DNA of 63,381 nucleotides, counting the filler, from Octopus bimaculoides (Eukaryota): the NCBI RefSeq assembly GCF_001194135.2. It is 5 parts of 4 records of this genome, joined end to end, with 100 filler letters (N's around TTAATTAATTAA, not from the genome) between each part and the next. Parts side by side here need not be neighbours in the genome. Positions count along the whole stretch, not along the records: positions 48,187 to 58,527 come from NC_068983.1; positions 58,628 to 61,008 come from NW_026363613.1; positions 61,109 to 63,381 come from NC_068983.1; 2 more parts are not named here. The stretch is one strand, 5' to 3'. A program made the translations under genes and the position numbers. Positions within the stretch are counted from its first letter, which is position 1. Every line of letters begins with the position of its first letter. This document shows, piece by piece, positions 48,238 to 61,799 of this stretch. Below the pieces are notes generated by a model. That model did no database searches. It had not been told where the DNA came from and worked only from the letters and a program-made list of their open reading frames with translations.

Positions 48238-49387
48238 CATATATATATATATATATATATATACATATGCTTACACACACATTCACACTGCACACATACA
48301 TACACACACACACATACACACACACAATACACATTATTAAACACGTAATTTGTGTCACAAAAAAAAATTGACATACATTTCACACAGAATGGCATATCCA
48401 CATTCATGTATACACAAACTCAACATTAGCACAGATAAAAATGTATCCTTGCATTAATATACACTCACACACACTCAAACAAGTAGAGACATTATTGCCA
48501 TGCATTTATTGCAACTTGGTAAATTGGTACATGTACCAAGAAATCTAATATAAAGGTGTCTGATATTGATTCTTAATAGATTGCTATCAATCAAACAGTG
48601 TAAAACTGATCACTAAAGCATTATTATAGACATTATTGAAAAATTTGGTTTGTTCTTCTTCCTAAAAGAGTTCTTCAGAGAAAATTTTAACTATTCTATT
48701 GGGAAATTTTCAATCTATACTGAGACTCACTGGTAGTAAATGAGTATGTGTACATACATACATACATACACACACATACATATATATATATATAAATATT
48801 TATATATATATATATATATNNNNNNNNNNNNNNNNNNNNNNNNNNNNNNNNNNNNNNNNNNNNNNNNNNNNNNNNNNNNNNNNNNNNNNNNNNNNNNNNN
48901 NNNNNNNNNNNNNNNNNNNNNNNNNNNNNNNNNNNNNNNNNNNNNNNNNNNNNNNNNNNNNNNNNNNNNNNNNNNNNNNNNNNNNNNNNNNNNNNNNNNN
49001 NNNNNNNNNNNNNNNNNNNNNNNNNNNNNNNNNNNNNNNNNNNNNNNNNNNNNNNNNNNNNNNNNNNNNNNNNNNNNNNNNNNNNNNNNNNNNNNNNNNN
49101 NNNNNNNNNNNNNNNNNNNNNNNNNNNNNNNNNNNNNNNNNNNNNNNNNNNNNNNNNNNNNNNNNNNNNNNNNNNNNNNNNNNNNNNNNNNNNNNNNNNN
49201 NNNNNNNNNNNNNNNNNNNNNNNNNNNNNNNNNNNNNNNNNNNNNNNNNNNNNNNNNNNNNNNNNNNNNNNNNNNNNNNNNNNNNNNNNNNNNNNNNNNN
49301 NNNNNNNNNNNNNNNNNNNNNNNNNNNNNNNNNNNNNNNNTATATATATATATATGAATATGCATACATAAATATATAAAAACTTTG

Positions 49388-49426
<39 letters not shown>

Positions 49427-50288
49427 TCACACATACACATACACACATATACATACGCATACATGTATGTATGAATGATTGTATATGTGTGTGTATATAT
49501 GTATACATATGTGTGTGTTTGCATATGTGTATAGACTTGTGTGTGTGTGGGTGCATGTGTGCATATGTGTGTGTGTGTTTAATCAGCACTATTCTTTATC
49601 GTCACTGTTGTTGTTCTTTGCCTCGCAAATAGATTTAAAGAAAGACAAACCGTGGAAATACCAGAATGCTGCCATAAGTTAATTGAAACGTAAAACAATT
49701 TCTCTCTCTCTGTTATTTCTTTTTTTCTTTTTTAATTTTTTCTTTTGTTGCATGTTTTATTTCCTTATTTTCTTTCTTTTGAAATTCTCATTCTTTTCCA
49801 GAGAACCACTTCGTAGCAATAATGTATGAACCCGCACACTTAGCTTATCAGACAACACTTAACAAAAATGATTGAAAGCATATTGTCTAAAAATATTGGA
49901 AACATGAAGGCGATGTGGGAAACAAAGGATCATAGGAAGGCAGTGACACGATCCTGAATATGATAGTATTAATTATCTAAGTTCTAATCCTGAGTTCTAA
50001 TCCTGAGTTCTAATCAAGTGGTTGGTCAATTTTTGGTCCCATATCCATGGGGCAATCTATCATCTCATGAACAATTCTGATGAAAACTCCTGATGCAAGT
50101 GTTGTGTTTGTGCTTCAATTTCATATAACAGGCAACACACAGGCATGGCTGTGTGGTTAAACAGTTTGCTTTGCATCTACATGGTTGCAGGTTCATTCCC
50201 ACTGTCCAGCAACATGAGCAAGTGTTTTCGATTACAGCTCTGAGACTTGTAAATGTATTTTGGTTGATGGAAACTATATGGAAGCCTA

Positions 50289-50748
50289 CAGTTCTATATT
50301 AAAGAGATGAGGAATTATTTACATTATTTACGTTATTTACATTTGACAGATATTTGTCCTCATCTTCTTTGTTGTTAACACGTTTCGGCTGATATGCCCT
50401 CCAGCCTTCATCAGGTGTCTTGGGGAAATTTCAAACCGAGGTTCTCATTCCTAAGGTATTTTCGATGTTATTATTAGTGTTATTATTATTATTACTATTA
50501 TTATTATTATTATTATTAATATTATTATTATTATTATTTTATGTTTGACTTTTGTTTTGCACTTGTGCAAGTTGGAACCAAGTCTCACCCAGAGACCTCA
50601 AGAGACAACAAGTTAGAAGTTCATGTAGGTGTTATGCCTAGGGTACCATATATTTGGATTTGTACAGTTTTGTTCAAGTGAATGTTTAAGAAACCATAAG
50701 AAAATTAAGTGAATGTTTAAGAAACCATAAGAAAATTTTAAGAAACCA

Positions 50749-50823
<75 letters not shown>

Positions 50824-50838
50824 TCATTGCCTGGAATC
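50289..50838 (-). mobile_element. inverted copy of the tRNA/hammerhead element, with a Dong 3' end inserted in its (TAA)n spacer
   Basis: Head remnant GATTCCAGGCAATGACCTGA (50819-50838); hammerhead CTGATGA-A-GGCTG..CAGCC-GAAACGT at 50377-50419; 3' end TAGAACTG at 50289. Confidence 0.8.
50539..50749 (-). mobile_element. R4/Dong family-A 3' UTR-only insertion with 31-bp tandem duplication at its 5' junction
   Basis: Matches 35683-35843; AAGTGAATGTTTAAGAAACCATAAGAAAATT twice plus a partial third copy. Confidence 0.85.
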
Positions 50839-51033
50839 CCCCTGTGGGATGAAGTTAAAATAATAGACAGAGAACACCACTGAAAAATACGAAAACTAAA
50901 AGAAGCAGCACATATGATAAGACTCAACAACCTCCTAAGCAGACTGAGTGCAGATATGAGTAGCATATGGTAACTGGTATTAAGGAAGGATAGGAAAATG
51001 TTAGATTTATATGCCCTAAAATTCACTCTGTAA
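50839..51033 (+). mobile_element. Penelope-like element, GIY-YIG endonuclease C-terminal fragment
   Basis: PLWDEVKIIDREHH*KIRKLKEAAHMIRLNNLLSRLSADMSSIW, resembling the WD..KI.D.E..W..RK.KEA.HI signature. Confidence 0.7.
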
Positions 51034-51043
51034 TTGCCCACAG

Positions 51044-51138
51044 GCATATGGCATAATGGTTAAGAGTGTGGGCTACTAACCCCAAGATTCCGAGTTTGAT
51101 TCCAAGCAGTGACCTGAATAATAATAATAATAATAATA
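51044..51138 (+). mobile_element. tRNA-Ser-like head of the same element, directly after the Penelope ORF end
   Basis: GCATATGGCATAATGGTTAAGAGTGTGGGCTACTAACCCCAAGATTCCGAGTTTGATTCCAAGCAGTGACCTG-(AAT)n, matching 11151-11250. Confidence 0.8.
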
Positions 51139-51699
51139 GATAGATAGATAGATAGACTGATGTTTGTATGTTTGTGTGTACCCCTGTCTTGACATCATGA
51201 TTAATGTAAATCAGCATCAACATCATGCAAGCAATGGAACAGAACCTGAAACCAAGGTATTGCAAAGCAAGATTCTTAACACACAGACAACAAACTTTTA
51301 TGGATTAACTTTCATTAATGCTGGCAACCCATATTCCCTGAATTACAAATTTTACCTTAGACACAAATCGACAACAGCATATTAATGATGGAGAAAATTA
51401 CATATTAAATTAATATTAGTCCTTCAGTTAATACTTCCATTTCCTCTGTTAATTAAAATTTCAGATTTGCCACCTCTTGTGTTGATCAAGTTTGATTAAC
51501 ATTAGTCTTTGCATATACATTTCATTTTCACCATTGCAAACGTCATTTCAATTAATTGAAATATTTTTGTTCATTAAATTATGTTATCACTCAGTCAGTT
51601 ATTAATAGTACTTGTCTTGACTCAGATTGCATGAAGCAAAATTCAACAATCACAGGATTTGAAATCAGGATATTAAAGGATGATTGTTGCTCTTAATCA

Positions 51700-52160
51700 T
51701 CATCGTCGTTGTTTAATGTCCACTTTCGATACTGGCATGGGTTGGACAGTTTGACATGGAACTGGCTACTAGGGAGATGTCCAACTTCAATTGTCTGTTG
51801 TGGCATGGTTTCTATAGCTGGAGACCCTTCCTAATACCAAAGAGATGTGGTGCATTGGCTGGGATGCTGCAAATAAAAATTCTCAGTCACAGATATACAT
51901 ATGCAAACATCATCATTATCATCATCATCATCATAGAGTGCCAGTCACACGGTACTGACAACGGCCACACTCAAAAAGGTGTTTCTTACATGCCAGCACC
52001 CACTACACTCTGGGAGTGGTTGGCATTAGGATGGGCATCTAGCTGTAGAAACTCTGCCAGATCAGATTGGAGCCTGGTGCAGCCATCTGGTTCACCAGTC
52101 CTCAGTCAAATCGTCCAACCTATGCTAGCATGGAAAGTGGACATTAAAGGATGATGATGA
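51700..52160. mobile_element. two family B retroposons: minus at ~51700-51860, plus at ~51935-52160
   Basis: Family B body and (GAT)n tails. Confidence 0.7.
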
Positions 52161-52399
52161 TTTTATTTACATTTTTAACACTTTCTTCAGTTACTGGATT
52201 CAGCGAAAAATGGTTTAAAGTTAGATTTCTTGGCCTTTTAATATATAGGCCAAGAAATCTAACTTTCAACCATTTTTTGATAAACCTGATAACAGAAGAA
52301 AGTGCTGAAAATGTAAATAAATATAAAAATATATATAATCATCCGACATTCTGTCTACCTTATTATTCTAAATATAAAGCATCTGTACATCACTTCAAA

Positions 52400-52472
<73 letters not shown>

Positions 52473-52774
52473 TGTACGTATGTATGTATGAATGGATGTA
52501 TGCATGTATGTATGTATGTTGCATGTGTGTGCATGTATTTGTAGGTACCCATGTCTTGACATCATATAATGATAGTGAATGAGCATCACGATCATGCAAG
52601 TGATGTTGTTTGTTTCCAGTTCTGAAATATTTAGCTGCTCGGAAACAGTTGAGGTTTGGCAGCAGGAAAAGCATCCAGCCATAGAAAATCAGCCTTAAAG
52701 GATTCTGTCTCACACATGCCAGCCAGGAAAGTGGATGTTAAATCAATGATGCAATGATGCTCGTGATAAATACT

Positions 52775-52816
<42 letters not shown>

Positions 52817-52817
52817 A

Positions 52818-52864
<47 letters not shown>

Positions 52865-52987
52865 CACACACACACATACACATGTATTATATCATACTTA
52901 ATATATGCGAATACTACTCTCATCTTTATAGAAAAGCGCACATAAATGTTTGTGAAGAACTGCTTATTACATATGTGTGTGTTTGTG

Positions 52988-53022
<35 letters not shown>

Positions 53023-54568
53023 GTGTTTGTGTGTGTATGACTGTGTGTGTGTTTGCAGTATGTATTCATATATGTGTACCTATAATATGAAAGGAAAAAT
53101 TTCATCATTCAATCATATACAGAATTAAAAAAATATATATAATAAAATAATAAATTAAAATGATACTGCACAGACTTAAAAAGTTTAAAATTAATGTATG
53201 TAATATATTATATCGTGAATATTAAAAAGACCTGATTGATATTGTCGATGTACTATTTTTTCTCAGGTGTTATTGTGCATGTATGTGACTCTATATGAAT
53301 GTGTTAGTGAATGTTTCATCACTATGTATTGTGTTTTGACTGAACAAATTTGGCACTTTTGTCAGAAATGCCATGAAAAAAATCCAGTTGAGAAATAAAG
53401 GAGAAAAATATGTATAAGAGGAAGAAGTAGAAGAAAAAATTTCAAGCTTGGAGCACTATATAATTATGTTTATTAAGTGAAGTCCAAAACTTAATCTTCT
53501 ACAGTATGGTTGGTTATTAATAATATCTAGGAAAAGGCATTTTTAGATGAAAGGTTTTAAAAATTTATATTGAAAACTTTTAAAGATTAATATTATTCCT
53601 TGGGAGAGAATTCCAATTTCTTTATCGGTACTCATCATCATCGTCATCACCGTCGACAGTCATCGCCATCGTCACAGTCAGCACACGTTGTCGTCGTCAC
53701 CGTCAACACTCGTCATTGTTGTTGTTGTCTTCTTTCCTCTCTTCCTCCATCACTGTCATAACACCACCACCGCCACCACCACCACCACCACTACCACTAC
53801 CACACCACCACCACCACCACCACTACACCATCATTATCAACTAAATCAGCATTGTTATTATCGTTACCGAAATATGTCTTAAAAATATCAAAAAGTACCT
53901 GGAAAATATATANNNNNNNNNNNNNNNNNNNNNNNNNNNNNNNNNNNNNNNNNNNNNNNNNNNNNNNNNNNNNNNNNNNNNNNNNNNNNNNNNNNNNNNN
54001 NNNNNNNNNNNNNNNNNNNNNNNNNNNNNNNNNNNNNNNNNNNNNNNNNNNNNNNNNNNNNNNNNNNNNNNNNNNNNNNNNNNNNNNNNNNNNNNNNNNN
54101 NNNNNNNNNNNNNNNNNNNNNNNNNNNNNNNNNNNNNNNNNNNNNNNNNNNNNNNNNNNNNNNNNNNNNNNNNNNNNNNNNNNNNNNNNNNNNNNNNNNN
54201 NNNNNNNNNNNNNNNNNNNNNNNNNNNNNNNNNNNNNNNNNNNNNNNNNNNNNNNNNNNNNNNNNNNNNNNNNNNNNNNNNNNNNNNNNNNNNNNNNNNN
54301 NNNNNNNNNNNNNNNNNNNNNNNNNNNNNNNNNNNNNNNNNNNNNNNNNNNNNNNNNNNNNNNNNNNNNNNNNNNNNNNNNNNNNNNNNNNNNNNNNNNN
54401 NNNNNNNNNNNNNNNNNNNNNNNNNNNNNNNNNNNNNNNNNNNNNNNNNNNNNNNNNNNNNNNNNNNNNNNNNNNNNNNNNNNNNNNNNNNNNNNNNNNN
54501 NNNNNNNNNNNNNNNNNNNNNNTATACCAACGTATATCTGTACACTCACATATATACATGTATCTCTG

Positions 54569-54635
<67 letters not shown>

Positions 54636-54963
54636 GTCTATCCAAATAATAAGACAAAGAAATCCTTTAGCACATCTTTAATAATTCATTACAATTGTTT
54701 CTGTACAAAATCTGCTTCCAATGTCAGTTTATGCAAAAATTTGAAGTGAAAATTTACGTAAAACCAAGATTTTCTATATTTTCAGGATTAGTTTGGAATG
54801 AAAGGGTGTTGATAGCCCAGAACTCAGATCAACTGCTTCTCTGGAAACACCCTAACTTAATACCCTACCAGGACTTAGGATGATCTATCTGTCTATCTAT
54901 CTGTATATCTATCTATCTCTGTCTCTGTCTATCTGTCTCTCTCTCTATGTATATATATATATT

Positions 54964-55016
<53 letters not shown>

Positions 55017-55218
55017 TATTATGACAACTCACTGATTGTCCTATATTATATATAGATGAATTCATCTATTTACTTAATATCAAACTTTCATTCATTCTTT
55101 TGTTGTCATATTATTATTANNNNNNNNNNNNNNNNNNNNNNNNNNNNNNNNNNNNNNNNNNNNNNNNNNNNNNNNNNNNNNNNNNNNNNNNNNNNNNNNN
55201 NNNNNNNNNNNNNNNNNN

Positions 55219-55263
<45 letters not shown>

Positions 55264-56984
55264 GTACATATGGATATGCTCACACATACACACATATTCA
55301 CGCACATGCGCATGGGGACATCATCATCATCATCTATAACCATCTTTCCTGCTGACATGAGCTGGATCGTTTTACAGAATCTGGTGTATTAGAGGGTTGC
55401 ATTGTAGTGGTTTCTATAGCTGGATACTTTCCTAATGCCAAAACCTTTACAGAGTGCCCAGGGTTGATTTTTTATGGCACCAACACTAGTGGGGTTACCA
55501 TGTGACTCACATGATTTAGGTCTCTTCCAACTATGTGAGACTACAGTAGAGAGTGAAGGTGTGCTATATTTTTGTACGCACAAACTACAATGTGGGAAAC
55601 AAGCGAAGATTTCAGTTCTGTGAGATAAGAGAAGCTCATGAAGGATTGTTTTCAGTATAGCAGGTGGTTTTATTGTATGATGTATGCATACAATTTAACC
55701 AAAACTGCATTTCTAATTTCTGTTACTGGATCCAAAGTAATACAAAATAATTAAACACACTAAAATAAATCAGAGAGAAGACATTGAATTGTTGTTATAT
55801 AAAATACTGCAACAAAAACAAAAACTACAAAAAAAAAAACAAGAAGAATTGTTAATAGCAAAATACAACCAAAAAATGTCAATACACAGATACACTGAAA
55901 GGGAAAATAAAGAATAAAATGTATAAAGGACTTAATAGTTATATAATTTTTAAAATCCAGTTATGACGGTTTTATCAGTCACAGCTGTATTCTTAAGAAA
56001 CTATACAACTTAGTATGTAGTGAATGAACACCAGGCCATTATTACCATCCTCTTATTCTGATGATAAGGGTGGTAATGTTTTTAAACATTAATAGAATAA
56101 CGGAGTTTTCGAATGCTATTGTTCTGAATGAAGCATAGAGGACTGAAAAGGAAACCTGAAATATCCTTGAAAAGATTAAACTCGGATGCAGTGATGTCTT
56201 TTATATAACATGTACACATATACCTGCACACAAAGAAACATACATCCATATATATATAAATGTATGTGTGTAAATATACATAACAGTGTATACAATAAAT
56301 ATGTAATGTGTATAAGTATAACTGTAGTATGAATTTAGAGTTATAACGGACTCCGGGCAGAGTTATGCTATCAATGGCTATAACTACCGTTATGGTCATT
56401 GATTTCATAGCAGTGTCTAGAGTTCATTAAAAATCTTAAAATGTTATTTATCAGTGCTGTGTAATCTTTGAAGATTTGAAAATGTAATTTGTTTATAAGG
56501 TTGTTATTAAGTAACTGCATGTTAGATAATGTAGCTAATTAATTTATGAACCAACACTCCTGTTCTGTGTGTTCATATACAGTTTCACCTATTGTTGGGT
56601 GTTTTCGAATGTAAGACACGCAGTAGTCGAGGGATTACAGTATTTGTTCACATGCTTGCTTCCCTGAAAATCCCTCTGAGATATAAGTGTTCCTTTACTT
56701 AAAAATCACAGAAAAGTTAGTGACAGGAAAGGCATCTGGCTGTAAAACATTGCTTCAATAATGCACTCTTCTAACCCGTGTTAGTATGGATAAATCTGAA
56801 GATAAAAGTTCATACACAAATTAAAAAAATATATGAATATCATATTACCTAACAACACATTTAGAAACACACATATAATTTTATCTCATGCTCATTTTTA
56901 ATTAGCACAATAAACAATACATATAAACCCATGCATAGTAAGCTATCGCTTATTACATACACACACATGAACAACCAGCCACGC

Positions 56985-57017
<33 letters not shown>

Positions 57018-57504
57018 GATATCCGTATANNNNNNNNNNNNNNNNNNNNNNNNNNNNNNNNNNNNNNNNNNNNNNNNNNNNNNNNNNNNNNNNNNNNNNN
57101 NNNNNNNNNNNNNNNNNNNNNNNNNNNNNNNNNNNNNNNNNNNNNNNNNNNNNNNNNNNNNNNNNNCCTCTGAGATATAAGTGTTCCTTTACTTAAAAAT
57201 CACAGAAAAGTTAGTGACAGGAAAGGCATCTGGCTGTAAAACATTGCTTCAATAATGCACTCTTCTAACCCGTGTTAGTATGGATAAATCTGAAGATAAA
57301 AGTTCATACACAAATTAAAAAAATATATGAATATCATATTACCTAACAACACATTTAGAAACACACATATAATTTTATCTCATGCTCATTTTTAATTAGC
57401 ACAATAAACAATACATATAAACCCATGCATAGTAAGCTATCGCTTATTACATACACACACATGAACAACCAGCCACGCACACACACACACATACATATAT
57501 ATAT

Positions 57505-57580
57505 AAGGCAGCGAGCTGGCAGAATTGTTAGCACACCAGGCGAAATGCTTAGTGGTATTTCATATGTCTTTATGTTCTGA
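57505..57580 (+). mobile_element. SINE family D head
   Basis: AAGGCAGCGAGCTGGCAGAATTGTTAGCACACCAGGCGAAATGCTTAG. Confidence 0.6.
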
Positions 57581-58368
57581 AACTGAGGTTGGGGGTAAGC
57601 AAGGGCATGTTCCCCATAGAAAATCTAGCTCCAAAAAAAGCCTCATGATAGCAAAGGAGAATGGCCACCAGCCAGCCCAAACGTTGGGGTGAGCTGTGCC
57701 TGCCTACCTCGGTTGCTATGGTATTGAGGTAGATCCAGCCGCCCCCATTAACGGGGACAAAACTCAGATTTAAAAAACTGAATGATGATGATGATGATGA
57801 TGGTACCGTCTTATACATTTGTGTAGTGTATATAGCTTGTAAAGAGTTTGTGAAACTCATTGTATATTACAATACTATATTTTATATTTACAATTTCACA
57901 TTATGTTTTATAAATGTTTTATAAATTTTTTATATCTATATTTGATATTTTTTATACATTTATATATCATTTCATATACTTTCCTAGTGGTTTTAATTTA
58001 TAAACGATATTGTATAAGGTCTTTTCATATAATTTATCGGATAGGGGCCTCTATCATGGTTTTTAAGAAATGTGGTGGAAAACTAGCTCAGGAAGGCAGG
58101 AACACTATTCACTAAGACCCCCTTTCAGAGCCCCCCTACCTCTTATATAGGTACATAAAAATTTAATAATGTAAAATATTAAGAAAACAAAAAAAAATAA
58201 ACATTTTTTATAATATTTTATAAAATATTTCTTCACAGAATGATATAAAAGATATTTCCTTACAGAATGACGTAAGAGGTATAACAGTGATTTAAAAAGT
58301 ATATAAATGCACCCTTTTAAAGCCTATACATACGTATAGTTGTACGTATGTACATATACATATGTATA

Positions 58369-58399
<31 letters not shown>

Positions 58400-58494
58400 A
58401 TTATTTATATTATATGACTGAATACCACACATCCTTTTCCAAGTAAGTTTTATCTATCTATCTATCTATCTATCTATTTATCTATCTATGTGTG

Positions 58495-58527
<33 letters not shown>

Positions 58528-58747
58528 NNNNNNNNNNNNNNNNNNNNNNNNNNNNNNNNNNNNNNNNNNNNTTAATTAATTAANNNNNNNNNNNNNNNNN
58601 NNNNNNNNNNNNNNNNNNNNNNNNNNNTATATGTATATATATATATATGTATGTATGTATATATGTATGTATGTAAGTTCTTTATAACAATCTGGTGGGT
58701 TGTGAAACAGGATTAGTATACTACTACGAATAACAACAATAATAGAT

Positions 58748-58782
<35 letters not shown>

Positions 58783-59239
58783 TGAGCAATTTGGTGGATT
58801 TATTTGAATCGCCTACCAATGTGTACTATGAGCGTCTCTGCCCTACGTGTCAGGAAGACACCAGGCAAGAAATGGAGCAGAATTGAAAGACGATGACAGT
58901 AGCAATAGTAGTAGTAGTAGTAGTAGTAGTAGCAGTAGCAGCAGTAGTAGTAGTGGTAGTAATAGTGGTAGTAGTAGTAGTGGTAGTAGTAGTAGTAGTA
59001 GTAGGGGGAGGGTGGAGTGGAGAGTTTTCTTCTTTCGAGACAAAATAGGAACAAAGCAGGAGAGAGTGTGTAGTATTATTTGTCGTGTTTTGGCTATAGA
59101 ATCGTAAATGAGTAGAAGATTAATTAATAAATAATTTTTTTTCTTCTGCTATTTTGTGTTCTGAGAAAGAAAAGAAACAGTCAAGGAAAAAAAAATGAGG
59201 TGAAAAATAACAGTTTTCCACAAATATGTTATGAATATT

Positions 59240-59403
59240 TCCAAGAGTGGCTGGGTGGTAAGAAGCTTCCTTCCCAACCACAGGGTTTCAGGTTCAATCC
59301 CACCGCATTGCACCTTGGGCAAGTGTCTTCTATAACCTCGGGCCGACCAAGGCCTTGAGAGTGGATTTGGTAGACGGAAACTGAAATAAGCCCATCACAT
59401 ATT

Positions 59404-59436
<33 letters not shown>

Positions 59437-60291
59437 ATATTTATAAAATTACATGTCTTTATATTTATGTGTGCACGTTTGTGTGAGTGTGTGTTTGTTC
59501 TACCACCATCGTTTGACAACGGATGTTAGTGTGTTCACGTGCTCATAACTTAGCGGTTCGGCAAAACAGAACCGATAGAATAAGTACTAGGTTTACAAAG
59601 AATAAGTGCTGGGGTCGATTAACNNNNNNNNNNNNNNNNNNNNNNNNNNNNNNNNNNNNNNNNNNNNNNNNNNNNNNNNNNNNNNNNNNNNNNNNNNNNN
59701 NNNNNNNNNNNNNNNNNNNNNNNNNNNNNNNNNNNNNNNNNNNNNNNNNNNNNNNNNNNNNNNNNNNNNNNNNNNNNNNNNNNNNNNNNNNNNNNNNNNN
59801 NNNNNNNNNNNNNNNNNNNNNNNNNNNNNNNNNNNNNNNNNNNNNNNNNNNNNNNNNNNNNNNNNNNNNNNNNNNNNNNNNNNNNNNNNNNNNNNNNNNN
59901 NNNNNNNNNNNNNNNNNNNNNNNNNNNNNNNNNNNNNNNNNNNNNNNNNNNNNNNNNNNNNNNNNNNNNNNNNNNNNNNNNNNNNNNNNNNNNNNNNNNN
60001 NNNNNNNNNNNNNNNNNNNNNNNNNNNNNNNNNNNNNNNNNNNNNNNNNNNNNNNNNNNNNNNNNNNNNNNNNNNNNNNNNNNNNNNNNNNNNNNNNNNN
60101 NNNNNNNNNNNNNNNNNNNNNNNNNNNNNNNNNNNNNNNNNNNNNNNNNNNNNNNNNNNNNNNNNNNNNNNNNNNNNNNNNNNNNNNNNNNNNNNNNNNN
60201 NNNNNNNNNNNNNNNNNNNNNNNNNNNNNNNNNNNNNNNNNNNNNNNNNNNNNNNNNNNNNNNNNNNNNNNNNNNNNNNNNNNNNNNNNNN

Positions 60292-60341
<50 letters not shown>

Positions 60342-60540
60342 TACACATGTATGTATGAAATGTATATATACATATATATGTATAATATATATATATAGAT
60401 ATACAATGCATATGTATATACACTTACATTCATTAAATATAGAAAATGAAAAACCATATAGACAGTCAATTAAGATACTAAAGGTGGTGCTCCAGCATGG
60501 CCGCAGTCAAATAACTAAAACAAATAATAGAATAAAAGAT
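59240..60540 (+). mobile_element. SINE family A split by a gap
   Basis: Head and core at 59240-59623; tail GGTGCTCCAGCATGGCCGCAGTCAAA at ~60485, which may belong to a separate copy. Confidence 0.65.
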
Positions 60541-60972
60541 TATACTAATATATAGAATACTGGAAAAAAAACCCTTATATGGCATCTATGTGCGTATGTA
60601 GTCTCTCCCAACAGACTTAATCGATATCGCAAAAATATTTTCATTTCCCCTCTGTATAGATTCAAACCCTTAAATCTAACCATAGTTGACTACCACCATC
60701 GAATATATATAAAGCGTCTCAGCCATGTTCGGGGCTACTCTGAGAATTTAAGCTATGACAAAATTTGACAACCCTTTCAGGATTCCCCCAAACCCAGCGG
60801 AATGCCGAAGGTTTTTTCCCCATTGAAGCATATTAGAAATCCCACACGCAAACTCACACACTCATCTCATATACAACATGCATTACAACTGCTAGTTTCA
60901 CCATATTAGTCGTGCATTGAATAAACTTTATTGTAATACGCGAAGTCTTTTATATATGATGTTTAACACACC

Positions 60973-61008
<36 letters not shown>

Positions 61009-61799
61009 NNNNNNNNNNNNNNNNNNNNNNNNNNNNNNNNNNNNNNNNNNNNTTAATTAATTAANNNNNNNNNNNNNNNNNNNNNNNNNNNNNNNNNNNN
61101 NNNNNNNNAGCTACTGCCAATATGCTTCAGCCATTTTTTGACAAGGAAATAATAATTTTATCACCGCCAAAATCGTTTGACAATCGTTTGTTTATGTAGT
61201 CAGCACTTACTGTTATTCGGCTGAATGGACGTCAGTCATTGGTTGAAATTACAGAAATACAACTTTAACATGAAATAACTTGCGATGTACGTTTTTTTGT
61301 TAAGAAGACTAAGAGAAAAAGATGTTTTATATGACACATTCTACCAGTGTCCCAAGTTTCAAAGTGTTTCGTTAAGAAAATACTGGTGCCCCCGTTTTGA
61401 ACAAGATCCGCTTTGGTCGGCTCGAGGCTATAGTAGAAGACACTTGCCCAAGGTGCCACTGTATATTTTTTTCTATTATTTTTCTATAATTTGTATGTAT
61501 TTATTTTATCACAAATGCAACACAACATCACAGAGGAATCGGCGTAAGCTTAAATAATAAACCGCTATAGGTGAACCGCGATATGACAAGGGATTATTGT
61601 ATTCCAATAACTTAAGCGAGTAAAAGAAAAGAATGCCGTTCCCCTATATTTGAAACCCTGAGCTTCTGTTAGATTACTGTCGCTTCCTTGTATTTGATGC
61701 CTGTTAACAATCAATATAAAATGAGAGTTGTCAGAAAGAAATGGAATGGGTGCTAAAGGGTTAGCAAAATGTCAGAAAATGGCCAGAATTTTATTATAA

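Noticed and set aside
56674-57500. Identical ~330-bp direct repeat (56674-57000 and 57167-57500)
   Set aside because: Identical copies on either side of an N gap indicate an unmerged contig overlap.
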